A stretch of DNA of 64,000 bases from an uncultured archaeon (GCA_964555875.1 CAZKUD010000004.1:3580-67579), one strand, 5' to 3'. Numbered from the stretch's first letter, positions 9,015 to 19,015 are shown. Translations and numbers: made by a program. Notes: generated by a model from the sequence alone, not told the origin.

Positions 9015-10117
9015 GCTATCGTCTCCCCCTCCACGCCGTACAATTCCAGGTGCATGGTCGCCGCCCTGACGTCCACCAGGTCGGCAGACTGGTCCTCCCA
9101 GGCCTCGAAGGGAGTGTCCCTCACGTCCTTGGCTATGACCCTGGTCCTGTCCCCGTCGCTGCTGTTGAAGGGCTGCGGGTGCATTATTATCAGGTACTCC
9201 CTGGGGCTCTCGAGCATGCCGGCTTCCAGCCTCATGCCGCTGTCGTATATCTCCTTCAGCTGCTCCCTTCCCCTGTCAGTCTGCGGGAACTGCAGCTGCT
9301 GTATCCTGGAGCCGCATATCAGGTCTACCTTGTTGGCGGCCTTTGCCAGTTCCCCCCTGGTGCTTATCACATGGACGTTCCCCACCCTTTCATCGAGGTC
9401 CGCTATGGTCCTGTTGCTTAGCCCGACATACGGGTGGGAAGCAAGGTAGAGGTTCCTGACAATCCCGAAGACCGAAAGGGTGTCTATGGTGGACTTCAGG
9501 GCCCTTCCGTACTTCATGTCACCCACGCCCATCATGTCAATGCCTTCGAACCCTGAGGGCCATTTCCCCCTGTCCAGCAGGTCGAAGCCCATCCTGTCGA
9601 ACATCTTGTCCCAGACGGTGAAGAGGTCCCCTATGGCCTGCGTTGGGTGCTGGTTCTTGCCGTCGCCTCCGTTTATGACCGCTATGACCTCCCTGCTCCG
9701 GCCGTTCTCCCTGTCCTTCTCCATCTGTATCTTGGCCTCGTCCTCGACCAGCCTGGCTGCCCCGTCATTCGGGTGCCTCACCACAACCACGTTGCCTGTG
9801 GACTTCCTGCCGTAGCCTATGAAGTTCGTGGCCGTGTCCCTCAGGCTCTCTCCCTTTTCAGAAGACGTGTTCTTTGGGTCGCTGAAGCCTGTGCACCTCC
9901 CACCGTACCTCTCCATGGCCTCTATGGAGGAGTTCATTGTCCTGGTGCTGGGCTGGAAGAACATGTAGATGAGCATCTTGTTCCTGAACGCCATCTCGTA
10001 CTGCTCGCTGTTGTACTTGAACCTGCGGGCCTTGAACATTATGGTCCTGTAGTCATCAGGAGTCAGGTCTCTTGTAGAAATGATGTGCCTTCCCTTGAAT
10101 GGGCGGTTTTCTGACAT
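9011..10117 (-). CDS. pyrB: aspartate carbamoyltransferase catalytic subunit (divergent)
   Basis: FQPSTRT, KGESLRDT, VRHP, INGGDG..HPTQ, GDMKYGR, RIQ, HPQP. Confidence 0.85.
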   Translation of the reverse strand: MSENRPFKGRHIISTRDLTPDDYRTIMFKARRFKYNSEQYEMAFRNKMLIYMFFQPSTRTMNSSIEAMERYGGRCTGFSDPKNTSSEKGESLRDTATNFIGYGRKSTGNVVVVRHPNDGAARLVEDEAKIQMEKDRENGRSREVIAVINGGDGKNQHPTQAIGDLFTVWDKMFDRMGFDLLDRGKWPSGFEGIDMMGVGDMKYGRALKSTIDTLSVFGIVRNLYLASHPYVGLSNRTIADLDERVGNVHVISTRGELAKAANKVDLICGSRIQQLQFPQTDRGREQLKEIYDSGMRLEAGMLESPREYLIIMHPQPFNSSDGDRTRVIAKDVRDTPFEAWEDQSADLVDVRAATMHLELYGVEGETIA

Positions 10118-10167
10118 CCCCCTCTCCCTCCTAACTTATATAGATACAAAATTTTAAATAACGTATT

Positions 10168-11226
10168 ATGTTCAAGGTTGCGGTGAAGGAAGAGCTGGAA
10201 AGGATGAGGGAGATACTGGACACCAAGGGGGATAAGATGCTCTTCACGCACAGGGACGCCGACGGGATATGCTCCGGCGCCCTGCTGCTCAAGTTCTTCC
10301 CTGACTTCGAGTGCGTCATAAGGGAGGGCCCCAGGATAGAGGACGAGCTGGTGGAGGAGATAATAGACAAGGCGCCCAAGGCGATTGTTTTCCTGGACCT
10401 GCCGGTCGACCAGGAGCACAAGAAGATGGAGGAGATAGAGAAGGCGCTGCCTGACACCAAGATTCTGATAGTGGACCACCACATACCCGAGAAGAACCTG
10501 AGTAACGGCAATGTGATGCACATAAACCCCATGTTCAGGGAGAACGTCTACCTGCCTGCAAGCTTTCTCGTCTACCAGATACTCGAGGGCATGAAGCTGG
10601 AGGTGAAGAAGTACATATGGATAAGCTGCATAGGCGTGATAGGAGATTACGGCTTCGAGGACTGCAAGGAGCTGATAGAGACATGCAGGAAGGACTACCC
10701 CGAGCTGCTATTCGGCCACCCCCTGATGTCCAAGATGGGGCAGGGCGCCCAGCTCATATCGGCTGCCATCACCCTGAAGGGCCAGCCGGGCGCCAAGAAG
10801 GCCCTGAGGGCCCTCGTCAGGGCTGACGAGTTCGATGACTTCGCCATGGACAGGGAGATAATAAGCTGGTTCGACACGGTCAGGAAGGAGATAAACAGGA
10901 TACTCCTGGACTTTGACGAGAACAAGGATGTCAACAGGGAGAAAGGGGTGATAATATACGAGCTCAAGTCAAGGCTCAACATAGCGTCCGTCATATCGAC
11001 TATCCTGGCCCAGCAGAACCAGGATGACGTGATAATAATAAGGAAGGAGACCCCCAGGGGCGAATGGAAGCTCTCCATGAGGGACCAGAAGGGGAGGGTC
11101 AACCTCGGACAGCTCACCAAGAAGGCCGTCAAGGGTATAGGCTCGGGGGGAGGCCACGAGAAGGCGGCGGGCGCCCTGGTGACAGACTGGGAGAAGTTCA
11201 AGAAAAGGCTTATTTCCGGGATCTGA
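10168..11226 (+). CDS. DHH/DHHA1 phosphoesterase (RecJ-like)
   Basis: HRDADG, FLD, VDHH, GGGHEKAAG. Confidence 0.9.
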   Translation: MFKVAVKEELERMREILDTKGDKMLFTHRDADGICSGALLLKFFPDFECVIREGPRIEDELVEEIIDKAPKAIVFLDLPVDQEHKKMEEIEKALPDTKILIVDHHIPEKNLSNGNVMHINPMFRENVYLPASFLVYQILEGMKLEVKKYIWISCIGVIGDYGFEDCKELIETCRKDYPELLFGHPLMSKMGQGAQLISAAITLKGQPGAKKALRALVRADEFDDFAMDREIISWFDTVRKEINRILLDFDENKDVNREKGVIIYELKSRLNIASVISTILAQQNQDDVIIIRKETPRGEWKLSMRDQKGRVNLGQLTKKAVKGIGSGGGHEKAAGALVTDWEKFKKRLISGI

Positions 11227-11866
11227 GCACCACAAGCATATGGTCTTTCTCGAAAGGGTCCAGGACAACTTTCTCCACAAGCTCCAGCTCGGATGTGAGC
11301 TTCTTGACGCATTCCCTGAAGACCTCTTTAGGCTCCTTCACCACGTCCATCGAGCGTGACTTTATGGCTATCACTGCCAGGCCCCCCGGCCTGAGCTTGG
11401 CCCTGCAGTTCCTTATCAGTATCTCTGGCTGGTCGTTCGTGGCCACGTCCTGGTAGACCAGGTCAGCGGTCTCTATCCATTCGTAATCATTGGGCTTCCT
11501 GGCGTCTGCCAGAATCGGCACTATGTTGCCCCTCTTCTCTGCGACAGGGTTCAGTTCCCTGAACGCCCTCTCGGATATCTCCACAGCGTATATTACGCCC
11601 TCCTTTCCCGCTATGTCAGAGAAGAAGCTCGGTGTGTAGCCCTGGGCAGCTCCCAGGTAGAGTATCTTCATGCCCTCGCCCACAGGGAATGTCTTCAGCC
11701 CCTTGGCCACGGCGGCGGCCAGCTTTGACCTGGTGGGGTCCCATACCCTGTATTCCTCTTCCCCTATGGTGACCAGCTGTTCGGTGTAGCTCCTGAAGCC
11801 GGGGACCAGGTTCTTCGTGAGCATCTGGCCTTTCGCCTTCCAGACGCCCGGGAATATCTGCTTCAT
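11210..11866 (-). CDS. flpA: fibrillarin (C/D box rRNA/tRNA 2'-O-methyltransferase)
   Basis: YRVWDPTRSKLAAA, LYLGAAQG, NIVPILADAR, DPFEKDH. Confidence 0.95.
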   Translation of the reverse strand: MKQIFPGVWKAKGQMLTKNLVPGFRSYTEQLVTIGEEEYRVWDPTRSKLAAAVAKGLKTFPVGEGMKILYLGAAQGYTPSFFSDIAGKEGVIYAVEISERAFRELNPVAEKRGNIVPILADARKPNDYEWIETADLVYQDVATNDQPEILIRNCRAKLRPGGLAVIAIKSRSMDVVKEPKEVFRECVKKLTSELELVEKVVLDPFEKDHMLVVLRSRK

Positions 11867-12705
11867 GCTAGATTATCCGCCTGCTGCCTAATAAGCTCCT
11901 TGACCTCTTCCAGGAAAGGCACCTTTCCCTGGGCCCCCCAGCCCACGGTGGCGAAAGCCCCCATGGCATTGGCGAAGAGGCATTTCCTCTTCATGCCCCA
12001 TCCCTTCAGGTCCCCGTATATGAAGCCTGCCGCGAAGGCATCGCCTGTGCCAAGCTGGTCTATGGTGTCCACCATGAAGGCGGGGGTGTCTATGTCCTTA
12101 CCCATATGGTAGACGTTGGAGCCCCTCTCCCTCTTTGTGACCGCCAGGGTGGACTTTATGTCCGGCATCATGCCTTTTATGTACTTGGATTCCTTAGTGT
12201 TGCAGAATATGGCGCTTATGTGGGGGTCCTTAAGGTAGTGCAGGTTGTATTTCGAGTCTATGTTCTGGAGGGTGACGTAGAACTTTATCTTGTGCTTCTT
12301 GGCGAACTCCAGGTACTCCTTGAATATGGGGTTGACTATCTCTATGAATATGGCCTTCGCCTTCTTCAGGTATTCCATGTCCTTTGCGTTCAGCTTCCCT
12401 ATCCTCTTGTAATCGTCCATGTCTATGAACTCCTTCAGGCCCTTCCCTGTCCTCATGTGGCATCTTGGGGTCCTGTACGCTGACTCGTGCCTCATCTTGG
12501 AAGTGTCTATGCCGAGGAGGGTCAGCCTGGCTATCATGGACTTGCCCTCGGGGTCATTGCCTATCAGGCCGAGCACCCCTGTCCCGGCTCCGAGGGCCTG
12601 CAGCCTGACCAGGGTGTTGATTATGGAGCCCCCCGCCGACTTCTTCACTCCCTCGGCCGTGTATATTATGTCTATCCCTGCCGGCCCTATGCCTATGACG
12701 TCCAT
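11863..12705 (-). CDS. PfkB/ribokinase family kinase
   Basis: AGGSIINT, GLIGNDPEG, N..E, DQLGTGDAFAAGF. Confidence 0.9.
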   Translation of the reverse strand: MDVIGIGPAGIDIIYTAEGVKKSAGGSIINTLVRLQALGAGTGVLGLIGNDPEGKSMIARLTLLGIDTSKMRHESAYRTPRCHMRTGKGLKEFIDMDDYKRIGKLNAKDMEYLKKAKAIFIEIVNPIFKEYLEFAKKHKIKFYVTLQNIDSKYNLHYLKDPHISAIFCNTKESKYIKGMMPDIKSTLAVTKRERGSNVYHMGKDIDTPAFMVDTIDQLGTGDAFAAGFIYGDLKGWGMKRKCLFANAMGAFATVGWGAQGKVPFLEEVKELIRQQADNLA

Positions 12706-12706
12706 G

Positions 12707-13384
12707 TTATCCCTCCCACCCCAGCAGCCCGGGCAGCTCCGCTATGCTGGGTATTATCAGCTCAGGGTCCTGCCCTGCCTCCAGGAACTCCAGCCTTCCT
12801 GTCATTCCTGTCAGGACAGATATCGGCACCAGTCCTGCCCCCTCGGATGACAGGTACCCCGGAACCGAATCGTCCACATACGCTGCTTCCCTTGGAAGTA
12901 TCCCTTCCCCGTCCAGCTTTTCCAGCACCTTCTCGAACGCCCTGGGGTTAGGCTTGTGGTATCCGGTGTCGTCTGAGGTGCTGATGAACCCGAATATCTC
13001 AGGGTCTATCCCCGAGCCTGTCAGCTTGGCCATGAGGGCCTCCCTGTCCCTGGTGGTGAGCATGCCTGTAACATACCTCCTCCTTGCCTCTCCCAGGACC
13101 TCCAGGGCCCTCTCTGCAAGGGGGTATGAGTCCTGCCTCTTGCTGCTGTAGCATGATATGATGGCCTCCCTCTCCTCCTCTGTGGTTTCAGGCCAGACAT
13201 TGGCGACCAGGGCCTGGAGGGTCGGGCTGTTCCACACGGCCTTTATGTCATCCCCTGTGGGCACCCTCACGCCCGCCTCCTGGCCAGCGGCCTGGAAGTT
13301 GGCAACCCTGGTCCCGTAAGAAAGTATGATAGTGTCATCGTTGTCGAATACCAGTGATTTCAGGGCTGAAAGGTCGTGTTTCAT
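12707..13384 (-). CDS. HAD family hydrolase
   Basis: Motif I FDNDDT, KPNP, YVDDS. Confidence 0.85.
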   Translation of the reverse strand: MKHDLSALKSLVFDNDDTIILSYGTRVANFQAAGQEAGVRVPTGDDIKAVWNSPTLQALVANVWPETTEEEREAIISCYSSKRQDSYPLAERALEVLGEARRRYVTGMLTTRDREALMAKLTGSGIDPEIFGFISTSDDTGYHKPNPRAFEKVLEKLDGEGILPREAAYVDDSVPGYLSSEGAGLVPISVLTGMTGRLEFLEAGQDPELIIPSIAELPGLLGWEG

Positions 13385-13429
13385 ATTCCCTCAAGTGGTT
13401 TGAGGTTTAAAAATGTGGCGGTTGAGGCA

Positions 13430-14305
13430 TCAGTCTGTGAGGCCCAGGTCGGCCCTTATCCGCTCTATGCTGATGAACACCTTCTTCTTGACGCCGACGT
13501 CCTCCACCAGCCTGTCAACGGGCTCCCTCAGCCTTTCGCCGGATTCCTCGTCGCCGAAGGTCATGACCCTGTGGCCTGCCATGTCGTTCCCGTACCTCGT
13601 CCTTATGCTCTCCAGCCCGTTGTCGTCATTGAACGGCATGTACACGACTGAATGGCCGTTGTCTGTCAGGTAAAGGGCGTATGCCATCGCAAAGGGCGAT
13701 GCCCCGGAAGGCACCTCGGCTATGAAAGCCACGTCCTGGCCCTTGAAATAGTCCTCTGTGAACCTCCGCCTCTTCTTCAGCCACCTCAGCGGCATCTCAC
13801 CCAGGTCCTCTACCTTCATTACCCCCGTCCTGTTCCTTGTCTCTGACATGAGCTGGTTCCTGTAAAGCTGGTCCCTTGTGAACATCTCGAACGTGGGGGT
13901 GCACAGGACATACATGAATCCCTTGTGGCCGTCCCGCATCTCCCTCGCTATGGCGAAGGGCTTGGCAGTGTCCTCCACCGGAAGGTCCGAGAAAACCGCC
14001 ACCTTCTTGTCCCTGTAATGGGCCTCGGAATGGCCTGTCACCCTTATGTTCCTCCCGCTCTTCCCGGAGGATTCGGCCTCACCGTTCTGGATGAAAAGCG
14101 GATAGCCCAGTATGCTCAGGCTGGGGTCCTCTACCCTCAGCAAGACCCTTGTCATCCCCATGTAATCGTCGCCTCCGGGATGTATGCCGTAGAAGACCGA
14201 ATCACATGACCCCACGTACCTGGCGAGCCTCTCCATGTTCTCGTTCGAGAAAAACCCGAATAGCTTTGTCCTCATTGCCCTTTGGAGGTGCTCTTGTGTT
14301 GTCAT
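13430..14305 (-). CDS. hypothetical protein, possibly a degenerate PurF/PRTase-fold protein
   Basis: Segments CTPTFE..TRD..., RNRTG and AEVPSGASPFAMAYA echo PurF CxFE/RxxxG/VPDSGxxAAxGYA; no N-terminal Cys. Confidence 0.5.
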   Translation of the reverse strand: MTTQEHLQRAMRTKLFGFFSNENMERLARYVGSCDSVFYGIHPGGDDYMGMTRVLLRVEDPSLSILGYPLFIQNGEAESSGKSGRNIRVTGHSEAHYRDKKVAVFSDLPVEDTAKPFAIAREMRDGHKGFMYVLCTPTFEMFTRDQLYRNQLMSETRNRTGVMKVEDLGEMPLRWLKKRRRFTEDYFKGQDVAFIAEVPSGASPFAMAYALYLTDNGHSVVYMPFNDDNGLESIRTRYGNDMAGHRVMTFGDEESGERLREPVDRLVEDVGVKKKVFISIERIRADLGLTD

Positions 14306-14326
14306 AGCGTCTAATATTATCCCCAG

Positions 14327-15205
14327 TTACTTTTTAAGCCTTTCCTTGCCGTTTTTGTCCTTCAGGAGCCCTCTTATCTTGTCTATGGGCTTGTCCTTTC
14401 CCGTGTCGCTCCCTCTCCAGACCCTTGTGAGGAAGCCTGGCTGCGCCCTTTCGCCCTCCCCCAGGAGGGACTCCAGGTAGAGTTTCTCCTGGTCCCTTAT
14501 CACATCAGGATGTGGCAGGGCCGGAGCGTCCCTCCCTTCAATGGACAGCCCCAGGGTCGCATAGGCGAACTGCCTGGCATTGTACTGCTCTGCCGTGGTA
14601 AAGTCCCTTTCAATCGCCTCTTCCACCATAATCCTTATCTCAGTGTCAGTGTAATTATCCCTCTTCTCGTTGAGCTCCCTCATCCTCACATCGAGCTTGT
14701 CCAGCCTGAGGTCGCCTCCGCAGGAGAAGTCTGCCTGCTCAAGCACGTCCTCCTCGACCGCATAGACCCATTTCCTGCCGTTCGGGTTGTCGAGAGCCTG
14801 CTTCATGTTCCTCATCCTTCCCAGCCTTGCCCTTATAAGATTCATCGTCTTGCCGCTGTAGACCGCGTCATCCACCATTATGACCACCCTTCCCTTGGCG
14901 AGCCTCTCCGGTATGGTGCCGCTCTTCTTGGGCAGCTCGTAGTATTCCACGTCCAGCCCCTCTGAAAGCAGGTATGCCCTCAGGCTCATGCCGAAGTACA
15001 TGCCGCCTGACATTATCGGGACTACCAGCACGCCCTTGTAGGCGTCCTCAAGTTCGGATTCCATCCTGCTGGCGTATTCTACTATCTGGGGCCCCACCCC
15101 GAAGGTGAATTTCCTGACCCTTGGGTGGTTCAGGCCGAACTGCGTCTTCTTCGGCCTGACATCTTTTATCGGCCTGCCGTCACATTCACCTGCGTCCATC
15201 ATCAT
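14327..15205 (-). CDS. type I phosphoribosyltransferase-domain protein
   Basis: VVPIMSGG and PRPP loop VIMVDDAVYSGKT; unknown C-terminal extension. Confidence 0.8.
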   Translation of the reverse strand: MMMDAGECDGRPIKDVRPKKTQFGLNHPRVRKFTFGVGPQIVEYASRMESELEDAYKGVLVVPIMSGGMYFGMSLRAYLLSEGLDVEYYELPKKSGTIPERLAKGRVVIMVDDAVYSGKTMNLIRARLGRMRNMKQALDNPNGRKWVYAVEEDVLEQADFSCGGDLRLDKLDVRMRELNEKRDNYTDTEIRIMVEEAIERDFTTAEQYNARQFAYATLGLSIEGRDAPALPHPDVIRDQEKLYLESLLGEGERAQPGFLTRVWRGSDTGKDKPIDKIRGLLKDKNGKERLKK

Positions 15206-15209
15206 GATA

Positions 15210-16148
15210 TCACTCCATGAACTTCACGGAATCTATGTCTCCGTCCCCTTTCTTGTCAATGCCGGACATGACCTTTGCTATCACCTTCTTGTCCTTGCTG
15301 TTGCCCCCCATTATCTTGTCGTGGAATTTCGTGAGCGCCAGTATGGCCGTCTTCAGGCCCATTGAGCGCTTTCCGGCAAGGTACAGCATCCACTTCTTGT
15401 CATTGAACGGGTTGGGGAGCTTCATGACGACAGCGTCGTGGTCGTAGTTGTAGAGCTCCCCGCTCAGCTTGGATGATATGGAGAACTGCTTCTTGTCATC
15501 GAAATGTATCGGCAGCATCTCGTTCATCCTGTCCGCTATCGTGTTGACCTTCGGGTTGCCTATCACTATTATGTTGTTGTCCTTCAGGTCGCCCTCCCTT
15601 GCGGCGGTGTCCATCACGTAGCCGTTGCTGGACTGCTCCGTCAGCATGCTTCCAAGGAACATCATCAGGCCTGCCAGGTGGGGCCCGAACCTTGCCGTGG
15701 CCTCGTAGCGCCCGTGGGGATACGGGCTGCCTATTATTATCTTGGCATTGAGCCGGCCGTCCTTTATGAAGGGGTCCATCAGCTTTTCCAGGCTTTCCTT
15801 TACCATCGGCTTGGGCTTTGTCATCGCTTTCCCTCCATCGAAGAGCCTGGTGGAGACCACGGGGGAAACCACCCCGTATATCTTGGCTGTCATGGAATAC
15901 CTCTTCTCTGACCGGATGTGCTTTACCACACCGGCACTCTCCAGCCTTCTCAGGTGGTAGTATATCTTCTGCTCGTGCTGGTTCAGCCGCCTTGCCAAGT
16001 CCATGGCGCACGCGGGCTCCTTGACCAGCTCCTCTATTATCTTGAGGGAGAGCTCGGAGCTGAACATGCCCATCTTTGACGGGTCGACCAGTATGGAATC
16101 GTATATCACGGGGTTTCCGCCATTGTTGTCTATCAGCTCGAATTGCAT
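15210..16148 (-). CDS. winged-HTH (ArsR-like) regulator with C-terminal alpha/beta domain
   Basis: AMDLARRLNQHEQKIYYHLRRLESAGVV HTH; C-terminal NIIVIGNPKVN domain. Confidence 0.75.
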   Translation of the reverse strand: MQFELIDNNGGNPVIYDSILVDPSKMGMFSSELSLKIIEELVKEPACAMDLARRLNQHEQKIYYHLRRLESAGVVKHIRSEKRYSMTAKIYGVVSPVVSTRLFDGGKAMTKPKPMVKESLEKLMDPFIKDGRLNAKIIIGSPYPHGRYEATARFGPHLAGLMMFLGSMLTEQSSNGYVMDTAAREGDLKDNNIIVIGNPKVNTIADRMNEMLPIHFDDKKQFSISSKLSGELYNYDHDAVVMKLPNPFNDKKWMLYLAGKRSMGLKTAILALTKFHDKIMGGNSKDKKVIAKVMSGIDKKGDGDIDSVKFME

Positions 16149-16383
16149 AACAATCGATTTTTTCTTTCCGTGAGGATTTATAAGCTTTTATGAAACCAGT
16201 TGTAGTATACATTTTCCTTTTTTATAATGAAAAAATATTTTTTAGTTTTATAAATGTTTTTATAGAGGGTTTATTATTGCCTTATTAAAAGAATTTTTAT
16301 AAAAGCGAAGTATGTCGTTTTAAAAGCGCTATATAAGGCATATTTCCAACTCTTCTACAGGAAATTATCGAAAAATATAAGGA
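16149..16383. promoter_or_regulatory. AT-rich divergent promoter region
   Basis: 235-bp strongly AT-rich gap between divergent genes with several TATA-like boxes (TTTATAA, CTATATAA). Confidence 0.6.
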
Positions 16384-16863
16384 ATGGGGTGGTTGAAAAT
16401 GGTGTCTGTGTGCCAAATCTGCAAGGAACCGATATGGAATTTCTTTTGCCCGGACTGTCTCGCCAATGACATAACCAAATGGCTTCCCTCCAACATGGCG
16501 GACAAGTTCCTGAAGTTCCATAAGCAGTTCTCCGGTTACTTCCATTCGAGCCTTGACACGACCTTCAACTGGTGCCTCAGCTGTAAGGGGCTTAAGGAGT
16601 CGACCATATGCCCCTACTGCTACACCAATGAGGTCATATACTGGCTCAGGGCGAGGAACCCGAAGATGGCGACAAGGTTTGCACAGCTGTTCCCGTTCGA
16701 TTTCGAGAAGATCGGCCACAAGTCCCTCTTCAAGACAGAGAGCCAGCCGGTCGACCACAAGAACGAGAAGAAGCAGCTGGGCATATGCGATGTCTGCGGG
16801 GAGTACTCGGACGAGTTAACATGTGTAGAAGGGGAATGGGTCTGCGACGGCTGCAAGGAATGA
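16384..16863 (+). CDS. multi-CxxC zinc-finger protein
   Basis: CQIC, CPDC, CLSC, CPYC, CDVC, CDGC pairs. Confidence 0.75.
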   Translation: MGWLKMVSVCQICKEPIWNFFCPDCLANDITKWLPSNMADKFLKFHKQFSGYFHSSLDTTFNWCLSCKGLKESTICPYCYTNEVIYWLRARNPKMATRFAQLFPFDFEKIGHKSLFKTESQPVDHKNEKKQLGICDVCGEYSDELTCVEGEWVCDGCKE

Positions 16864-16864
16864 G

Positions 16865-17197
16865 TCAAAGGTCCTTCCCCAGTTCTTTTTCTTTTTTCTT
16901 CATCTTGTTCTGGTATCTCTTCAGCCTTCTGTAGGACTCAAAGACCTCTGCGAAGCCTATGACTACTATCACCCAGCCGACTGCCTGGACCGCAATCAGG
17001 ACGTCGCCCACTATCCCTGATATGCTGACCACCGCCAGCCCCAGGACTATGAACGTGAGCCCTGTCCTCATGAAGCTTAGGATGGTCCTCTCCTTGGAGA
17101 GTATGGTCTGCTCCTCTGCCAGGATGGTCCTCTCCTCCTCATGGGTTATGCGTCTTGCCTTCTTTTTCGGCTTTCCTCTGGGCCGTTTCTTGGCCAT
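16865..17197 (-). CDS. DUF202 (YidH-like) membrane protein
   Basis: T.LSKERT.LSFMRTGL motif followed by 2 TM helices. Confidence 0.82.
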   Translation of the reverse strand: MAKKRPRGKPKKKARRITHEEERTILAEEQTILSKERTILSFMRTGLTFIVLGLAVVSISGIVGDVLIAVQAVGWVIVVIGFAEVFESYRRLKRYQNKMKKKEKELGKDL

Positions 17198-17202
17198 GTT
17201 TA

Positions 17203-18903
17203 CTATTTGTCCCCCTTTCCCTTTTGTATCTTATAGAGGGCCCTTATCCTGTCCAGGCTGTCAGCCTGCTGGGGGCCCTTGTCCTTCCTGAGCCTGACGA
17301 ACCTAGGGAACCTAAGCGCCCAGCCGCTCGAGTAGGTGGGGCTCTTCTGTATCTCCTCGTATGCCACCTCCACCACCACCTTGGGCCTTATGGCGACCTG
17401 GTTTCCCTTCTCGCTCTCTACCAGGGGCTTCAGTATTTCTGTCAGCCGCTTAAGGGTGACCCCCCCTTCTGTCTCCTTCTCCTTGAGGCCTGTCCCCAGC
17501 ATGCCGCACTCCAGGAACTTGCCTGTCCCGGGCTCCCTGCATCCGAGCACGAACGAGCCCAGCCAGCCTGTCCTCTTTCCCGTGCCCCAGGCGGCCCCTA
17601 TAATGACTAGGTCCAGGTTCTCCATGACAGGCTTGACCTTCAGCCAGCCGCCTGCTACCCTCCTTCCAGGGACGTACAAGGCGTCCAGGTTCTTCACTAT
17701 CAGGCCCTCCTGGCCCGAATCCAGGGCCGACTTGTAGAACTTCTCTGCCTTCTCCAGGTCCTTTGTCCTGAGCTGCTTGGCGAACTGGAACCTGCCCTCT
17801 ATCGGCCTGACTATCCTCTTGAGCTCCTCCAGCCTCTTCTCCAGCGGGGCGTCGAACAGGCTCTTGCCCTCCACATAGACCGCATCGAACAGGTTCATCT
17901 GGACAGGTATCTCCTTTGCCGCCTTATCGACCCCGTGCTTCCTCTTTATCCTGGTGGACAGCATCTGGAACGGCATCGGCCTCTTCGTCTTCGGGTCTAT
18001 GGCCAGCAATTCCCCCTCTATTATCGCGTCCTTCGCCCTTATGCCCCTCTTGGCCAGGTCCACCAGGTCAGGGAACGCCTTCGTGACGTTCTCAAGCCTT
18101 CTTGTGAATATGGATATCTTGTCGCCCTTCTTGTGTATCTGGGCCCGCATGCCATCGTATTTGTACTCCATTGCCGCGTGCTCGTAGGCCCCCAGGGCAG
18201 ACTTCAGGTCTGGCGCCTTCTCTGCCAGGAGCACTATTATGGGCCTGCCTATCTCCATCCTGAGCCTCTTCAGTCCTTTCTCCCCCTTCTCCTTGGCTAT
18301 CCTGGCTATCTCGCTGTAGTCAGGGTACAGGTTCCAGCCTGACTCCACTGCCTTCACGTCTATTCCAAAGGCGTCTGATATGGCGTCACGCACTATGCCC
18401 TCTGCCACGCCTATCCTGAGTTCCTCCAGGACTGTCCTTACTATGTACCTGGCCTCCTTCGGGCCTGCGTGCGCAAGCAGCTCCACGATGAGGTTCATCT
18501 TCCTGTCCTGGCTGCCTGACTCTGCCTGCCTGGCTATGGCCTGCAGGTTCTTGAACACGAAATCGACAGTGAGCTCCTTCTTCATGAGGGTCCTCTGCCT
18601 CTTCTTGCCCTTCAGCCATTCGGCTGTCTTTCCCAGGTCGCCCATCTCATTGAACTTCCTGGCGACATCAGAAGGCTTCATGCCTATCGATTTCGATATC
18701 GCCCTTATCATGAGCTGGTTGGCCACCCCCATCTTGTCGTCTGACCAGTTAGGGAAGGGCCTTCCCATGACGAGCAGCACCAGTTGCGGCAGCTGGCCTG
18801 TAGGGGCTGATTTCAGGAGCTTGGATATGATGTCCCTCTTGGCCAGCTTGGCGCTGGTCTTCTCCAGCTCCTCATAGATGTCGGCCAGCCTTGAATACAG
18901 CAT
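17203..18903 (-). CDS. lig: ATP-dependent DNA ligase
   Basis: Motif I EYKYDGMR, EGLIVK, WLKVK, DLVIIGA, ALRFPRF. Confidence 0.97.
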   Translation of the reverse strand: MLYSRLADIYEELEKTSAKLAKRDIISKLLKSAPTGQLPQLVLLVMGRPFPNWSDDKMGVANQLMIRAISKSIGMKPSDVARKFNEMGDLGKTAEWLKGKKRQRTLMKKELTVDFVFKNLQAIARQAESGSQDRKMNLIVELLAHAGPKEARYIVRTVLEELRIGVAEGIVRDAISDAFGIDVKAVESGWNLYPDYSEIARIAKEKGEKGLKRLRMEIGRPIIVLLAEKAPDLKSALGAYEHAAMEYKYDGMRAQIHKKGDKISIFTRRLENVTKAFPDLVDLAKRGIRAKDAIIEGELLAIDPKTKRPMPFQMLSTRIKRKHGVDKAAKEIPVQMNLFDAVYVEGKSLFDAPLEKRLEELKRIVRPIEGRFQFAKQLRTKDLEKAEKFYKSALDSGQEGLIVKNLDALYVPGRRVAGGWLKVKPVMENLDLVIIGAAWGTGKRTGWLGSFVLGCREPGTGKFLECGMLGTGLKEKETEGGVTLKRLTEILKPLVESEKGNQVAIRPKVVVEVAYEEIQKSPTYSSGWALRFPRFVRLRKDKGPQQADSLDRIRALYKIQKGKGDK

Positions 18904-18997
18904 ATTATTATATTGTGGGGCCCGGCTATAACAGCTTTTACGGCCTGGCTATCTGGTCAGCCCCTTTAGAAGCATTTAAAACTACCGCATAGTAACA

Positions 18998-19015
18998 AAA
19001 GCTTTATAAAGCTTT
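18998..19015. promoter_or_regulatory. perfect 18-bp palindrome AAAGCTTTATAAAGCTTT
   Basis: Self-complementary; lies in the divergent lig/trmB intergenic region and contains a TATA core. Confidence 0.55.

Noticed and set aside
16149..16383. AT-rich stretch as a replication origin
   Set aside because: No convincing repeated ORB motifs and no cdc6/orc1 in the window; divergent promoters explain it
18903..18918. NrdR-box-like site upstream of lig (TATTATTATATTGTGG)
   Set aside because: Only the right half matches, in an AT-rich context; likely chance
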